Source: Ophelia neglecta (lineage: Eukaryota). From it: DNA of 64,000 nucleotides. The position numbers and the translations under genes are program-made. Below, one piece after another: positions 41,901 to 52,808 of this stretch; the first letter of the stretch is position 1; each line of letters starts with the position of its first letter. The stretch is taken from assembly GCA_965285935.1 (NCBI GenBank), contig OZ260665.1, positions 5,952,001 through 6,016,000 of the forward strand, in the 5' to 3' direction. The notes beneath the pieces were generated by a model. The model saw nothing but the letters and a program-made list of their open reading frames with translations, was not told the DNA's origin and made no database searches.

Positions 41901-44900
41901 ATAACACTTTTTCTAATACTGATTTTTCAGAAAGGCTTTTCCTATAAGTCTCTGACTCGGCTCATGTAAACAAAGATATATGATCATAGTGTGTTTTGGT
42001 ACAAGTCAATTTTATTCGTCTTCGGTCTAAAGAATTTGTACAAGTAGCAGGTTAAAAGAAAACACTGTTATTCGAAATAAATATATATATTTTACAATTA
42101 GTAAATTAACATTTGTTCTTTAACCAAATTACCATCATGATTAAGGGCATTTTAGCAGTAAAATACATTAGAAATAAATAAATAGTTTGCATCATGATCT
42201 GACCTGTACAAGTGACTCCATCTCCCGAGAAGCCTGTCTTACATGTACACGTGTACGACCCTGGTGGTGTGTTTGTGCAATCAGCGTTGAAATTACAGTC
42301 ATTAGCCCCACTGCACTCATCGTCATCTGCGAGAAGAAAAGTTGCATTAATAAGTCAATATAATGTGAAATACGTTCATATGTAACCACATTTTGCGAAA
42401 ACAAACACTAATACTACATGACCTTACACTGTTAAACGAGTCGACTCTTCTAATCAAAACATAAGGAATAATAATGCTTTCGGCAAGAATTGTAATCTGT
42501 TCGATTAAAGACGAGATCCCTTTTTATGTTTGCATGTTGGACATTAGTGTGTACAGTTGTTATGTTTTATTATTATAAATAAATATATCATTCATTGCAC
42601 AGTATTCACCGTTTACACTACTAATTGTTCTAAAGATTAATTAAAATCATATATGTATCATAACCAAGTGATTCTTTGGACTTGGATGATCGTAACAGGT
42701 AAACCTTTATCTTAAAAACCCAAAATGTTAACCATATAGGTAGATATATTATAATCATTTGTACTTCGCTACCCAGAGGAGAATACATCACAGGGAAACA
42801 AGGGTAACACCTACTTCTAGATATGTTGTGGAATATGTGCGATCGGGTAATACATTACAACAGATAGAAATTTAACGAAAGCAAGTCAATTTTAATTATA
42901 TGTTGATTGCCTGTCTGCTGAAGGTCGACATCATTTGGATAACGTAACTGAAAATTTTTTAATAATGAATATATTTCGGCTAAGATTCTATATCAAACTG
43001 AAAAGAAAAATGTAAGCATAACAAGAAAAGGGTCCAGGCATTTCAGTTACCTAAAATGCATTGCTCCATTCAAGAAAATGCGGTTAGTTTGATGAAAATG
43101 TATCGAAAAGATAAAACCTAGAATAGCAAGGGCGAGCAAATAACCGTAAATAGGGCAAGCAGTATATCAGCAGAGACGGGCTTTACAATAAGTAAACATT
43201 CTAATGTATATCTGACCTGTACAAGTGACTCCATCTCCTGAGTAGCCTGTCTTACAGGTACACGTGTATGACCCTGGTGATGTGTTGGTACAATCAGCGT
43301 TTACATCACAATTATTTGTCCCACTGCACTCATCTACGTACAATAGGAAAATGCAACATGAAATACGTCCTTTATTGTGTAACCACAATTTGTAGATATT
43401 ATAGTACTAGTACCACCAAATTCACTGTATTTATGAGCTTCCTACCTCATTTTTACCTAGACAGTGTTAGTTTTTGCTTCATGAGTGAAGAAAATGCTTC
43501 TGATCTATGTAGTATCTTTATATTTTACGCAAAATAATAATATCAAAGTAAGAAAGTTAAAAAAATTTGCAGGTCAGGAAAATTTGGGTAGCTGTAGAAG
43601 AGTTCAGCACCCACTCAAGGGATTACCGTACTCGGTTTACGGGGTGTGTATGGGGTAACTGTCAATTGTGTGATAATGTGGCTTGGTTGACAGGGATTAC
43701 CGTCTATGGTACAAGCTTTATAATTTGTGAGCCCTAATCCGCATATATTAAAATAATCTCGAACGTCGGGCCGATTAAAGATAAAATGATGAATCTCCCA
43801 CATAATTAATTGAAATGTCTGTACAAAAATGTAGAATATTAGTTTTATTTGCGAAATATTAAATTATGTTCCCAGAATAAATGGCCAATTGTCGGCGTCG
43901 GATGCTGGTACAAAGCATGGGTCTATAAACGAATTACTGGTGATTCAAAGCAAGCTGCGCGAAGTTAGGAAATGTGCATAGGTACGCGGCTATCCACTTT
44001 TTACACCAAGCGCTGTATATCAAAGATATTCTATAAAAATTATTTTGTGATATCTTGCCAATAGTTAGTTAACGTCCGCTTATTAACATTTACACATTTG
44101 GTTTGCTTTTTTCCGTCTCTGTCACCACAATATTCAACAAGAGCTGGTTTATATTGACACTGGGGGCAATGCATTCTGGCTCTGCCGCATTCATGTTCGG
44201 TCGCAGTCAACCAGTAGACGCTTGTGCATCCGCAAAACCGCACCATTGATCATTAGACACATAAGTTTTACTTAGATTAATTTGGTTTGCCTTTGAAGAC
44301 TAAAATCATTCAACCATTTGACAATCACGTAAACGTTCAGAAATCAATCCAACACTTACCAACAATATCGCAGTTAGTTCCATAGTAACCGGTGCCGGTG
44401 CAGTCACAGGAGTAATTGGGGTGAACAAGTGGAGTACACTGGGCGTTGTTCTGGCAAGGCCCGGAGGAACATCCGTCACCTACAAAAAACACATTCATTG
44501 GTCGTTCTGTTTTAAATATCTATCATCAATACTATTGTTGTTAATAGGGTTACTAAGAGGCCAACCATTTGATAATGTGGGGGGGGGGGGGTTGAGAACA
44601 TTTTAGAAAAAAAAGTTTGTTGGCCAGCTCTGGCCAAAAAATAAATGTTTGTCACACTACTTCAGAAAAATAAAATGTTAGTCTTGCACATTGTGAAAAA
44701 GTCATAATTGACCTTACATAAGAAAAAATGTTTGCAGGTGAATTATGAAAACGATGTCACTTGTGTCATATTACAGCAATATCAAATTCATTGTTTTTTG
44801 ATTTTACATTACATTTCCATATCACTTTTAAAATACGGGATGGCCGTTTACTACGGGAGGGGGAGAGATGCAAAAATTTGCCCCGCCACCATATGATGAT

Positions 44901-47900
44901 CCACTAATGCAGAGACAGCACAAATTTGACATCATGTGCTGTCTCTGGTACACAGTTCTGCTTACGACCAACTAGCAGGAGATCGGAATAATACCCTAAT
45001 ACTATCTAGATGTCCCGATAATGTCGGGACCTGAACACGACCTTTTTTCGACCTCCGAAAATTGCCGACAATATCGCGATATAACCGGCCCGGCGAGATC
45101 GCAATAATTCACTTGTCGGGCGGGCTCATAAATTACTAGGCCGAACGACTGCCTGCCCTAAAAATAATGTACCGAGTACCGACACGCATAGCTATTTTCG
45201 AAGACATAATGAATGCATAATTCTATACAAACACCAGCCTAGACAAGGCCTTGCTACCCTCCGTAAAAGGCCATGTTTCTAAATGGATGTCGGATGAGGG
45301 CCCCCAATGACCCAAATCACACCAGTAGATTGGCAGCTGGATATCTTCAGGTACTTTTTGCTTGGCATCATAAAAATGCACATTAAACTATATTTTGGTC
45401 ATCAATTTAAATATGTGTGATTTGTTTGAATTACTGGTCGAAACGGTCAAACCCGGTCACACAGCTTCCCGCCTCGGAGTCGCCCTTTGTCTTTGTTTCA
45501 GCTTAGCACTGAGATCAATAGACTTCTAGCACCTAGGTGATACAAACTCAGTGTGCCTGAATGTTTAATCTGAAACTGAATATTATATTTCATTCAGGAT
45601 CACAATCTACTCTTTTTTCGTAGCCCTACGGAATCGCCTGACATGAATCCAATCGAGCTAGTTTGGCACGCTCTCAAATACCGCGTGGCGAAAGCTAATG
45701 TTACTACCAAGGACGACCTGAGTGCGGCTATCGTCACAGCATGGGAAGAACACCTGCCCGTCGTCCAGTGTAACAAGTACATTGACCACATACCTAAGGT
45801 GAGGAAAACATTTGTTTTGTTCCCGTTTCGCGCTTTGTCTATTGTGCTTATCCCATTTGAACATTGTGTAATTGACTAGCTCTCGATTGCCATTGTGATT
45901 GATGCTTGATGTCTCAGGCTCACATGGGCAATTAGACTGGTGATTCACATTGTGTAACGCCATTGTATTCAACGTTTGGGTAATTAATAGGTTGACAGCT
46001 AGCACACATAGCGGTGTGTCTGATGAGTGTATGTTCACCGACACAGCCCATTGGCCGAGAATGTCGAGTGGGTCCTTAGCTACTCTCCCCCATGAGACGA
46101 GTGGGTATCTGACAAATGAATACATTTTTATGGTTCTAAGGCAAATGTTCCACGTAAGCTCCCTGGGGAGTTGAGATTGATTATTCAGCAATGAAATGTG
46201 TATCCCGGGCTATATGCCAGGGGGGGGAATATGAAGCGTCGTGCAAGCCGGCCTACTTTGGTACCCGAGGTAAAGCCGTATATTTACCTTCACCATACCA
46301 TCTGCAATTCAATGGGAACTTAAACCATTAAATGAGCCAGCCAAGTTTTAATTGTCACGTGGATCCATGGAACATCAGTATGGCACATGCAGTTACACGG
46401 GGCACCTAGCCTATGTTTGGTTGTTATGAACCCCCCCCCTCCCTCCCCCCCCCCCCCACCCCGTTCCCACTGGAGGCTTTTACAATTATACGCCACCTCC
46501 CCACAATCCACCCAATATTTGCGGTCCTCCTCCTATAGCTAATGACCAACCCCTAGTTACAATGCATGTCGAAAACTTACCTTTGATTTTTGTAAACAGT
46601 GCAAGTACAATAAATATAGCCAATTTATTTCCAGGCTTTGACGTAAATCCAAAGGCCTACAAAAAAGTAATAAACAGTCAGTTTAATGTTAAAGATTTTT
46701 TATTGAAGCAGAAGGTGAGCGATGAGGCTGTAGGGGTAAAGCGAAAGGATGACCGGGGAGGTTGAGGGTTACTGCCGGAGGGGATATGACCAGCTTTCCT
46801 AGACAGTTCGGAATGATTAGGTAACAAGATAGGGGTGGGACGGGACGGCAGGGATTGAAGGGCGAGAGCGGGATCCTATGGAGAAGAGAGGAGGACCTGA
46901 GGCCCAATGCAAGCAGTGTCTCCTTTCAGAAACAATCCATTATTAATACATCCTGCTGCATTTTTAACAACGCTTTGTTGTTGCACCATTAACTATTCAG
47001 TATTTTAATGCCACGAACTTGAGTACTGGTAAGAATGCTTCTGGTAGCTGGTAGAAAACAAATAAGGACTGGCGGTAGGTTGTTCATGCATGAGAGTGGG
47101 TGGTTAGTAAAATCAGCACATTGTTTGGATCTGAGATATTGTAATTTTAATACTGTGTGGTGTAAAACACCTCCGTGTGTGACAATAGTATATGGCAGGT
47201 TTTATTCAGATTCATAAATTCATTGCACACTGTTTATTTGTCATTTGTTCATTTTATCTCTTGTATTTAACCACATGGTGTCTATGTGTCTTTAAGCCCA
47301 AACAAATCCAAATCTTGTATTTAACGCTTGCATTTCGCACACCATTCTTTGAGCCCACCCGGGTCGCATCGTTTATACTGTGTGGTATAAACACCCCCGT
47401 GTGTGACAATAGTATATGGCAGGTTTTATTCAGATTCATAAATTCATTGCACACAGTTTATTTGCCATTTGATCATTTATCACTTGTATTTAACGCTTGC
47501 ATTTCGCACACCATGCTTGAGCCCACCGGGTAATTAACTGTGCAAAAAAACGCAAAAAGATTTATCTGGGTATGGCATTCCATTTAAACCCAGTATGAAA
47601 AATTAACCACATGTGTTCAAATCAGGCAAAGTCAGATAATGACTACACAACATATAGTCACAGTATGACAGCGACACTTTATGCCGTCATGACTTCAACT
47701 CACCATAACACCATATATCAGCGTGGCTAAAAGGATGATCATTAAACGGTTCTGTGCGTCACATCTTTATATGAATGTTTAGGACGTAGACGTCGAGCTA
47801 AATTAAATACATCTGCTTTATATTTCCAGTTTTTATAAGCGAATAAAACACATTCAATCTGCCGATGTGATTATTCCGAATAATAATAAAGAGAAACAAC

Positions 47901-50725
47901 ACGAATAACCAATGATAATAGAGCCGAGCCGAATGACACAGCAAGTGCAAGGCCTTTACATTATTCAGGACAGGCCCAGCGCGCTGATGGCACAAAAATT
48001 AGGCGATCTCAGCACACGTGTTTTTTTTACCAGTGTTCATGAATTTGGCCCAATTAACGCATTCTCTTAATAAGCATATAGAATATTCTAACCCTCACTT
48101 TCCTTAACTCCGCACACGACTTTTTCTACCAGTGTTCATGAACTTGGCCCAACGCATTCTTTCAAAAAAGCGTTTAAAATATTCTAACCCTCACTTTCCT
48201 TATCGCAATACGTACAGAGACTTGCGCTATGTTAATAACCCTGACACCGATAATAACCCTACCCTAACCCGACGGTCGATGTCGATGTTGGCAGAGATTA
48301 CCGAAAAAGACATAATTTTAATGATATTTAAACGAAATGTAAATAGTTTTGGATTAGAATGTAAAGAACGCTTATGAGCGATGGTGAAGGTTATACACAA
48401 GGCACATCGTCATTACATCCAAATCAAGTAACAGGGACTACTGGTGGAATATAGACGGTGGCGGATCCAGGATTTCAGGAAGGGGAGGGGAAATTTTCCA
48501 AAGGCCAATGTCTGGATTACCAACCCTCTGAAACCACCTTACGAAAGTCCGGAAATAGGCAAAAGGGGGGGGGGTGGTCCCCTGCACCCCCCCCCCCCCT
48601 AAATCCGCCACTGATAGACATGCCGCCCTACTGGTATCCATTGAATTTGCGGCTGCCATAGATCGCTCCATTAATTTCTGTGTAAATTGATTGTAACCGC
48701 TTTCTTCGTCTAAGCCAGACACTGGGCTATCATCTCGGAGCTGGTTTCAATCCACGGGTACCACTTAACTTCCCTCATGTTCCCCTTATTTTACCCGCAA
48801 ATAGGCGCAGCTTCCACGCAAATGGGCTGGACATCAACCCCGTGACTCTCCGTACTCGTCCCGCTCTTATCAGTCGGTAATAAAAACACGCAATTCCCCA
48901 TGTATAAGATGGTTTACTGCCGATGATGTATTGGGTGTCATATACCGGACCAAGTATAAAGAAACAATATTCAGATTATTTCTGCGGAAATCATACACGG
49001 CAAGCAAGCGGCATGGACCGTCTGTCTTCAGTGTGTAGATCGGGCAACCTAGAGCTATAGCTATAGGTGTATTATGATTTGCCAACATCCCTGGACTATA
49101 TTACCCTTTCCTTACAGATTTTCGATAACTTAAACCGACTTCTTAAACCACCATTCTGTTTTACCAGAAAATCGCATGGCTAGTATACTTAAATGTGATG
49201 ATCATGACATGTCTATGGAATTATCCTATATTGATGAGCAATTTATTATGAAGTCACACAGATTTGTTTCCTAATGACCTCATTGTCAATTTAAATTTAT
49301 TCCACGTTGAATTCCGATTAAAATTGGGATTCATGTGTGAGTCATTTGTTTCGACAATGGCAAGTCATTAATTTGAGTTTTTCGATGTATCTTTGTCTTG
49401 TTAACAGTCTCGTTGACCAGCGAGCCTGACCAACCCACTGGAGTTCTCTGGTGAACGGCCGGTGATTAGGATGGCATGAATTACTAGCCGAACACTGGCG
49501 GTCGACGCTCCTAAACCGACACTCCTGCCGGCGTGTCCGGGCCGCCGAACAACTCGTGTCAGGCAGGCCCGTGACCGCTTCAGAGTTCCAGTAGGCTACA
49601 CCGCGTCAGTCTCCAGTTTGGTGGTCGGCAGTGAACACGTTTTTTTTATACCCAGCCCACCTTCTCCCTTTTTTTTTCTTTTTCTTCTCTTTCTCTCAAT
49701 AAGGTCACGCTTTAGTTTGTTCATTTTTTTCTGTAAATACAGACTGATTCGCAATTGCCCCTGTTTGTATTTGAATTGTTGTAAGGGCCGTTTTAATAAT
49801 TACTACATTCAGTAATGAAAAATATGTTTGGTTTTTTAGCTATGCGCCAACAACTCGTTATGTTACGTTATTAAAGCTTCCTCAATGCCCCCACGGTAGA
49901 TTCCAGAATAGTGTTCCCCTTTAAAAAAAAACAATATTAATGTTGTCTAAATGTGGTCAATTGCTCTTGTAATGTACTGATTATAAGTGGCCCATTTGTC
50001 TAATTACTTATTGTAAAGAGCCTGCCGTAGTTTTGATGTCATCAATAGTATCTCCATGATTTTGCTAAGCGGTCCCCCAGTCCTTTTTGGCACTGTAGTG
50101 TATGCCTTGAACCGCGGGGCGCCTGTCCGCTGCGGCCTGTGTATAACTAGTTATGCATGGTTTGCGTCTGTGTGGTTGACAAACAAAGAACACCCCATTA
50201 TAGAGCTCTTCATGCTTACCTGGTTCAGGTGCTTTGTTCTACCATCATCATATATCTTGCAATACTATCAGATCTAATGTATTTGTATTATCATCAGTTG
50301 TGTCTCATTTTGATCAACAAGTGACTATCGTTATATTTTGTTGTAAATAATAGACTATTTCACAAATAGTTTGTTAGAATGGGTTTTTCATTTTCTTTAT
50401 TCACCAGTTTTTGGACTACTGTATTGATTATACTTATTATTGTATTTACATGTCCCATCATATCACTCCATTCCAGCTTCTTGGTGTTTTGAACTTAGTG
50501 ACTTGGCAGACAAATCGCACCTAATGTCAGTATACTTGTAAAAATTGTCTCAATGATTTATGTGGGAAATTGACCAACATGGACAAAGCACAGTGCAAAC
50601 GCATTCATGAACCTAAGTATAGTTTACGGGTTTTGTTTATCAATGTTCAAATCATCACTAGAATACTACAATATCTATACAACGCGCCACAAAAATATAT
50701 ATGAATGCAAAATTTCACTCACCAT
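23730..50725 (-). CDS. Type I transmembrane protein with 23 tandem EGF/cbEGF-like domains, ~1,042 aa
   Basis: ATG exon end (50723-50725?), signal exon 46581-46656, 23 phase-1/1 EGF exons between 44479 and 24150, and TM/tail exon 23730-23959. All GT-AG with an open frame, 3,129 nt in total. Confidence 0.85.
24150..24275 (-). CDS. EGF exon 23 (cbEGF)
   Basis: [41 protein letters not shown]. Confidence 0.85.
24430..24950. repeat. Degenerate ~45-bp minisatellite
   Basis: Recurring GATGTGTTAC...GATTTCCCTATCTAACCCTATAGTTTATA-like units. Confidence 0.65.
25386..25505 (-). CDS. EGF exon 22
   Basis: [40 protein letters not shown]. Confidence 0.88.
25646..25771 (-). CDS. EGF exon 21 (non-calcium-binding type)
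   Basis: [41 protein letters not shown]. Confidence 0.85.
26001..26120 (-). CDS. EGF exon 20
   Basis: [40 protein letters not shown]. Confidence 0.88.
26976..27098 (-). CDS. EGF repeat exon (123 nt)
   Basis: [41 protein letters not shown]; cag acceptor and gtcag donor. Confidence 0.88.
28333..28455 (-). CDS. EGF repeat exon (123 nt)
   Basis: Same module, A>V variant; intact splice sites. Confidence 0.88.
29355..29477 (-). CDS. EGF repeat exon (123 nt)
   Basis: Same module; donor gtaagt. Confidence 0.88.
30713..30835 (-). CDS. EGF repeat exon (123 nt)
   Basis: Same module; intact splice sites. Confidence 0.88.
31735..31857 (-). CDS. EGF repeat exon (123 nt)
   Basis: Same module, Y>F variant. 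Confidence 0.88.
32431..32553 (-). CDS. EGF repeat exon (123 nt)
   Basis: [10 protein letters not shown]... module; intact splice sites. Confidence 0.88.
32936..33058 (-). CDS. EGF repeat exon (123 nt)
   Basis: Same module; intact splice sites. Confidence 0.88.
34078..34200 (-). CDS. EGF repeat exon (123 nt)
   Basis: Same module; intact splice sites. Confidence 0.88.
34628..34750 (-). CDS. EGF repeat exon (123 nt)
   Basis: Variant [21 protein letters not shown]. Confidence 0.88.
35810..35932 (-). CDS. EGF repeat exon (123 nt)
   Basis: Same module; intact splice sites. Confidence 0.88.
36929..37051 (-). CDS. EGF repeat exon (123 nt)
   Basis: Same module; intact splice sites. Confidence 0.88.
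37485..37607 (-). CDS. EGF repeat exon (123 nt)
   Basis: CNFNAD variant; intact splice sites. Confidence 0.88.
38776..38898 (-). CDS. EGF repeat exon (123 nt)
   Basis: Same module; intact splice sites. Confidence 0.88.
39329..39451 (-). CDS. EGF repeat exon (123 nt)
   Basis: CNFNAD variant; intact splice sites. Confidence 0.88.
40517..40639 (-). CDS. EGF repeat exon (123 nt)
   Basis: Same module; intact splice sites. Confidence 0.88.
41650..41772 (-). CDS. EGF repeat exon (123 nt)
   Basis: CNINAD variant; intact splice sites. Confidence 0.88.
42204..42326 (-). CDS. EGF repeat exon (123 nt)
   Basis: [21 protein letters not shown] variant. Confidence 0.88.
43217..43333 (-). CDS. EGF exon 2 (117 nt)
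   Basis: [39 protein letters not shown]; acceptor cgtag; joins upstream CDIV to give DIVDEC. Confidence 0.85.
44360..44479 (-). CDS. EGF exon 1 (N-terminal, divergent)
   Basis: [39 protein letters not shown]; ttgtag acceptor and gtaagt donor. Confidence 0.85.
45598..45798 (+). mobile_element. Tc1/mariner (DDE_3-like) transposase C-terminal fragment bounded by splice sites
   Basis: [19 protein letters not shown]...IVTAWEE...[10 protein letters not shown] (SPDLNPIE motif); ttcag before and gtgagg after. Confidence 0.75.
46581..46656 (-). CDS. EGF gene signal-peptide exon
   Basis: [26 protein letters not shown]; ttttgtag acceptor and gtaagt donor; phase 0 to 1. Confidence 0.75.
47165..47530. 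repeat. Local direct duplication (A-x-B-A-B)
   Basis: 47165-47270 matches 47389-47493, and 47314-47362 matches 47483-47530. Confidence 0.75.
48012..48202. repeat. Imperfect ~99-bp tandem duplication
   Basis: GCACACG...ACCAGTGTTCATGAA...AATATTCTAACCCTCACTTTCCTTA occurs twice. Confidence 0.75.
48456..48613. mobile_element. hAT-like MITE with 5-bp TSD
   Basis: CGGTGGCGGAT...ATCCGCCACTG flanked by ATAGA on both sides. Confidence 0.75.
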
Positions 50726-51171
50726 TGTCAATCGACAGTAAGGCCGTTTGTGGAGACGGCTGTGGGTGTATTTTCTTTCGTTTGACATGTTGGTGGGGAT
50801 TTCTGAACTTCTCTCTAGCATCAGACGCCGTGATGAAGAGAAATACCGAAATCTGATACAGTTTTGCGAAATCTGAAAGAGTTAATGTTTGAGGTATTTG
50901 ATACATACTCATGAATATCGACTGCCCAAAAAACATAGCAAACTTGTGCACCACATGTCATAGACAGAAAAAAGGAAGAATTGAATCAATTCGATAAACA
51001 TAGCACATGACTCCAGAAGGTGTTGAACGGCAAAGCGTTTTCCTCATGACGTTCAACAGGTATTCAAAGGCAATTTTACTGTCCGAAATAGGTTCAATTA
51101 TTAAGGATTAAGTACACTGGTAATAATCTGGTAATAACGCGGGGGTACAGTCATCCCACCGGGTACCCTTA

Positions 51172-51900
51172 GGGACGGACATTTGATATCTCAGGGGGGG
51201 GGGCATTTCAAAAAAAATTGTTTGTATACTGTTTGTAGGGAAAAGCAAACAAAAGATTGCTTTGAAGCAGGAATAACAAAAAATAATTTGATTTAATTTA
51301 TGCTCGAATAATAATGTTCTGGGAAAAGAACTCCTTTCGAAAATCACGCACTGGACAATTATTTGAGATGAAGCTAGGGTTGAGTAGGTATAGCGGCAAT
51401 AACCGTGAATTGGATGTCTACTCGAAACTTACCGCCACATTTTTATCATATACTCACATTTAGTCCTTTCTCTTCATATAAACAGATTTCGAATTTGTTC
51501 TTAATATGAAAAGATTGGTTATACCTATTAATATTTAATCTCTGCTTAATACTAAACCCGCGTTTTTCAGCCCATAAGACGCCGTTCTTGTGACAAGCGC
51601 GTCACTTGAAAACTGACAAGCCAGTGGAATTTGGCAATCAGGCAAATAGCTTTGATACATTGCTATTTCATCAACCCCCATTGACAAGGCAGTAGATGGA
51701 TAAAATAAACACTAGAACCAGAAAATATAAAGCCTATGTTATTACTCAAAACAAATTGTTTGCTGTCATTTATGTTGAAAAGGAAATTTTCTTCTTTGCT
51801 GCGGAAAAAAAGTTTAGTGTTTGCTTGAGAGAATATCCTCAGCCCCCCTCACCCCCCCCCCTCACCCCCCCCCCCCCCGCATTATAAAATGGTCCGTGCC
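51172..51900. mobile_element. PIF/Harbinger-like MITE
   Basis: GGGACGGACATTT...AAATGGTCCGTGCC with subterminal G and C runs, flanked by TTA on both sides. Confidence 0.6.
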
Positions 51901-52268
51901 TTAGTTTGCCTCACATTCACCTTACTCTCCCCTCTAATATACATTGAAATACGGGAGTAATAGCAAGTGGTCTGACCATAATCCCCGTGTTTCCGCGTGC
52001 TCGCCCCGTTCATATCAGCGCACAATTAATCCACGCATTTCTGAAGCTGGTAGCTGAAATTGTTAGATCCCCAAACTGCCGAGGATGTATAGGCATGAAA
52101 GCCGCTGGCCGTCACTCGTTTTGCCTGGCGAGTCCCATTAAAGTAGGAAAATTAAGTTTTACAACTTGCGTTTTGAGTTTTGCTTATTAGAGAAACCAGG
52201 TGATTGTAAATGAGTGATTCCGTTCCTGCCCACCACGAGTACTCCAGTGTATTACATTTACCCGTTTT

Positions 52269-52463
52269 CCGGGGCGGATCCGGTTGGGGGGGGGGGGGGG
52301 GCAGGGGGCCTGGCCCCCTCCTACCCCCACCAGGCGCCCAAAACAAAGGCAACTAGACCAATGTATGTAACTTCTGTGGACACCCCCCCCCCCGCCACCC
52401 CCTGCTTTTCAATTCCTCCTCATGGAGTGCCCCGCACCCTGGACATTCCTGGATCCGCCCCTG
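52269..52463. mobile_element. hAT-like MITE with 5-bp TSD
   Basis: CCGGGGCGGATCC...GGATCCGCCCCTG flanked by GTTTT on both sides. Confidence 0.75.
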
Positions 52464-52808
52464 GTTTTCTGGGGATGAGATCTTTGCCGGTTAAACAGAC
52501 CGACAAGCGACACAAAACTACGCTTTTTGGTTCGATGGGATACAAGGAACACAATTTACAAACAAACATACAACTAAATAGAAGGCACTTGTATTGACGT
52601 GTAGTAAAATATATTTTAGTGTCGTGCATTACTAAAAATTAACGCAAGTATCTTTGAAAATTGCCGACAAATTTCCATAGAAACAAAAACCGTATTGATA
52701 CCGTTAAAAGAGTCGGGTTATTAAACCTTTAGTGCACCCCCCCCCCCCCTCCGCCACCGTGTGGATTCCCGTTTTTTTGCACGCCACTGATTGAAGTAAT
52801 TCCTTTAT

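Larger units (their letters stand above)
26490..43340. repeat. Higher-order tandem array of EGF exon-intron units
   Basis: ~2,380-bp dimer units at 26976-31857 and ~2,860-bp trimer units at 32936-43333. Confidence 0.9.

Noticed and set aside
26883-42404. Recurrent ORFs [15 protein letters not shown]... and [12 protein letters not shown]...
   Set aside because: These are alternative-frame and antisense readings of the EGF exons.
26976-43333. Conserved repeats separated by variable spacers, superficially CRISPR-like
   Set aside because: The repeats are 123-nt coding exons with splice sites, and the spacers are 0.4-1.2-kb introns that are themselves repeated. The DNA is eukaryotic and has no cas genes.
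43334-43341. Apparent loss of the acceptor AG at the expected 123-nt position
   Set aside because: An in-frame AG 6 nt inside gives a 117-nt exon, and the upstream exon supplies DIV, so the gene is not broken.
44040-44246. Cys-rich 68-aa ORF between EGF exons
   Set aside because: No EGF cysteine spacing and no compatible splice sites found.
45658-46191. 177-aa minus-strand ORF
   Set aside because: Partly antisense to the Tc1 fragment and has no domain signal.
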